A DNA stretch of 64,000 nucleotides from positions 17,298,001 to 17,362,000 of the forward strand of contig OZ059895.1 of assembly GCA_964057225.1 (NCBI GenBank), written 5' to 3'. The position numbers were made by a program, and so were the translations under genes. Within the stretch, counting starts at the first letter, position 1. Each line of letters begins with the position of its first letter. Under the pieces are notes generated by a model. That model saw only the letters and a list, made by a program, of their open reading frames with translations, had not been told where the DNA came from and searched no databases. Source of the DNA: Auanema rhodensis. Its lineage: Eukaryota; Animalia; Nematoda. Positions 63,864-64,000 of the stretch are shown piece by piece.

Positions 63864-64000
63864 TCGTTTTAGACTTTTTCAAACTATTTTGAGGATTAAT
63901 TCGTGCTTCTTGAAGCTTTTACTTCAGGTTACATCTTCTCTTATTCATTCGAATGAAATATTTTACTTCAATACGGAGCAGTATTGTTAAAAGTGACAAA

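Larger units (their letters stand above)
35480..64000 (+). repeat. tRNA-Thr(AGT)-based tandem array, segment 3
   Basis: Same unit, resuming at the TSD TGAAA after insertion 2 and running off the right window edge. Confidence 0.98.

Noticed and set aside
1-64000. CRISPR-like repeat/spacer array
   Set aside because: The spacers are near-identical rather than unique, there are no cas genes, and the context is eukaryotic.

Overview
Eukaryotic, very likely nematode (Caenorhabditis-like), DNA. About 54 kb of the window is a head-to-tail tandem array of roughly 230 units (my estimate). Each unit is built on a tRNA-Thr(AGT) gene plus a ~172-bp AT-rich spacer. Three unit classes are interleaved: intact tRNA (244 bp), a 17-bp internal deletion (227 bp) and a 19-bp internal deletion (225 bp). 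Both deletions destroy the Pol III B box. Two unrelated BEL/Pao (Belpaoviridae, Cer-like) LTR elements interrupt the array. (1) 4833-7342 (+) is a permuted fragment: integrase, triple zinc-knuckle ORF, LTR, then an 11-nt tRNA-Asp primer-binding sequence, with no full TSD. (2) 28304-35479 (-) is a two-LTR element with a 5-bp TSD (TGAAA), tRNA-Gly PBS, Gag knuckles, protease, integrase, phlebovirus-Gc-like env and a triple zinc-knuckle ORF, but no RT/RNase H. The most notable observation is that both elements sit at the same nucleotide of the repeat unit. That site is directly after TGAAA at the edge of a 14-bp palindrome (TTCATTCGAATGAA), about 80 bp upstream of an intact, B-box-containing tRNA gene. 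A templated repair scar maps to the same spot in three other units. This suggests tRNA-gene-targeted (or palindrome-targeted) BEL/Pao integration. The many short ORFs in the array are artefacts of the repeat.
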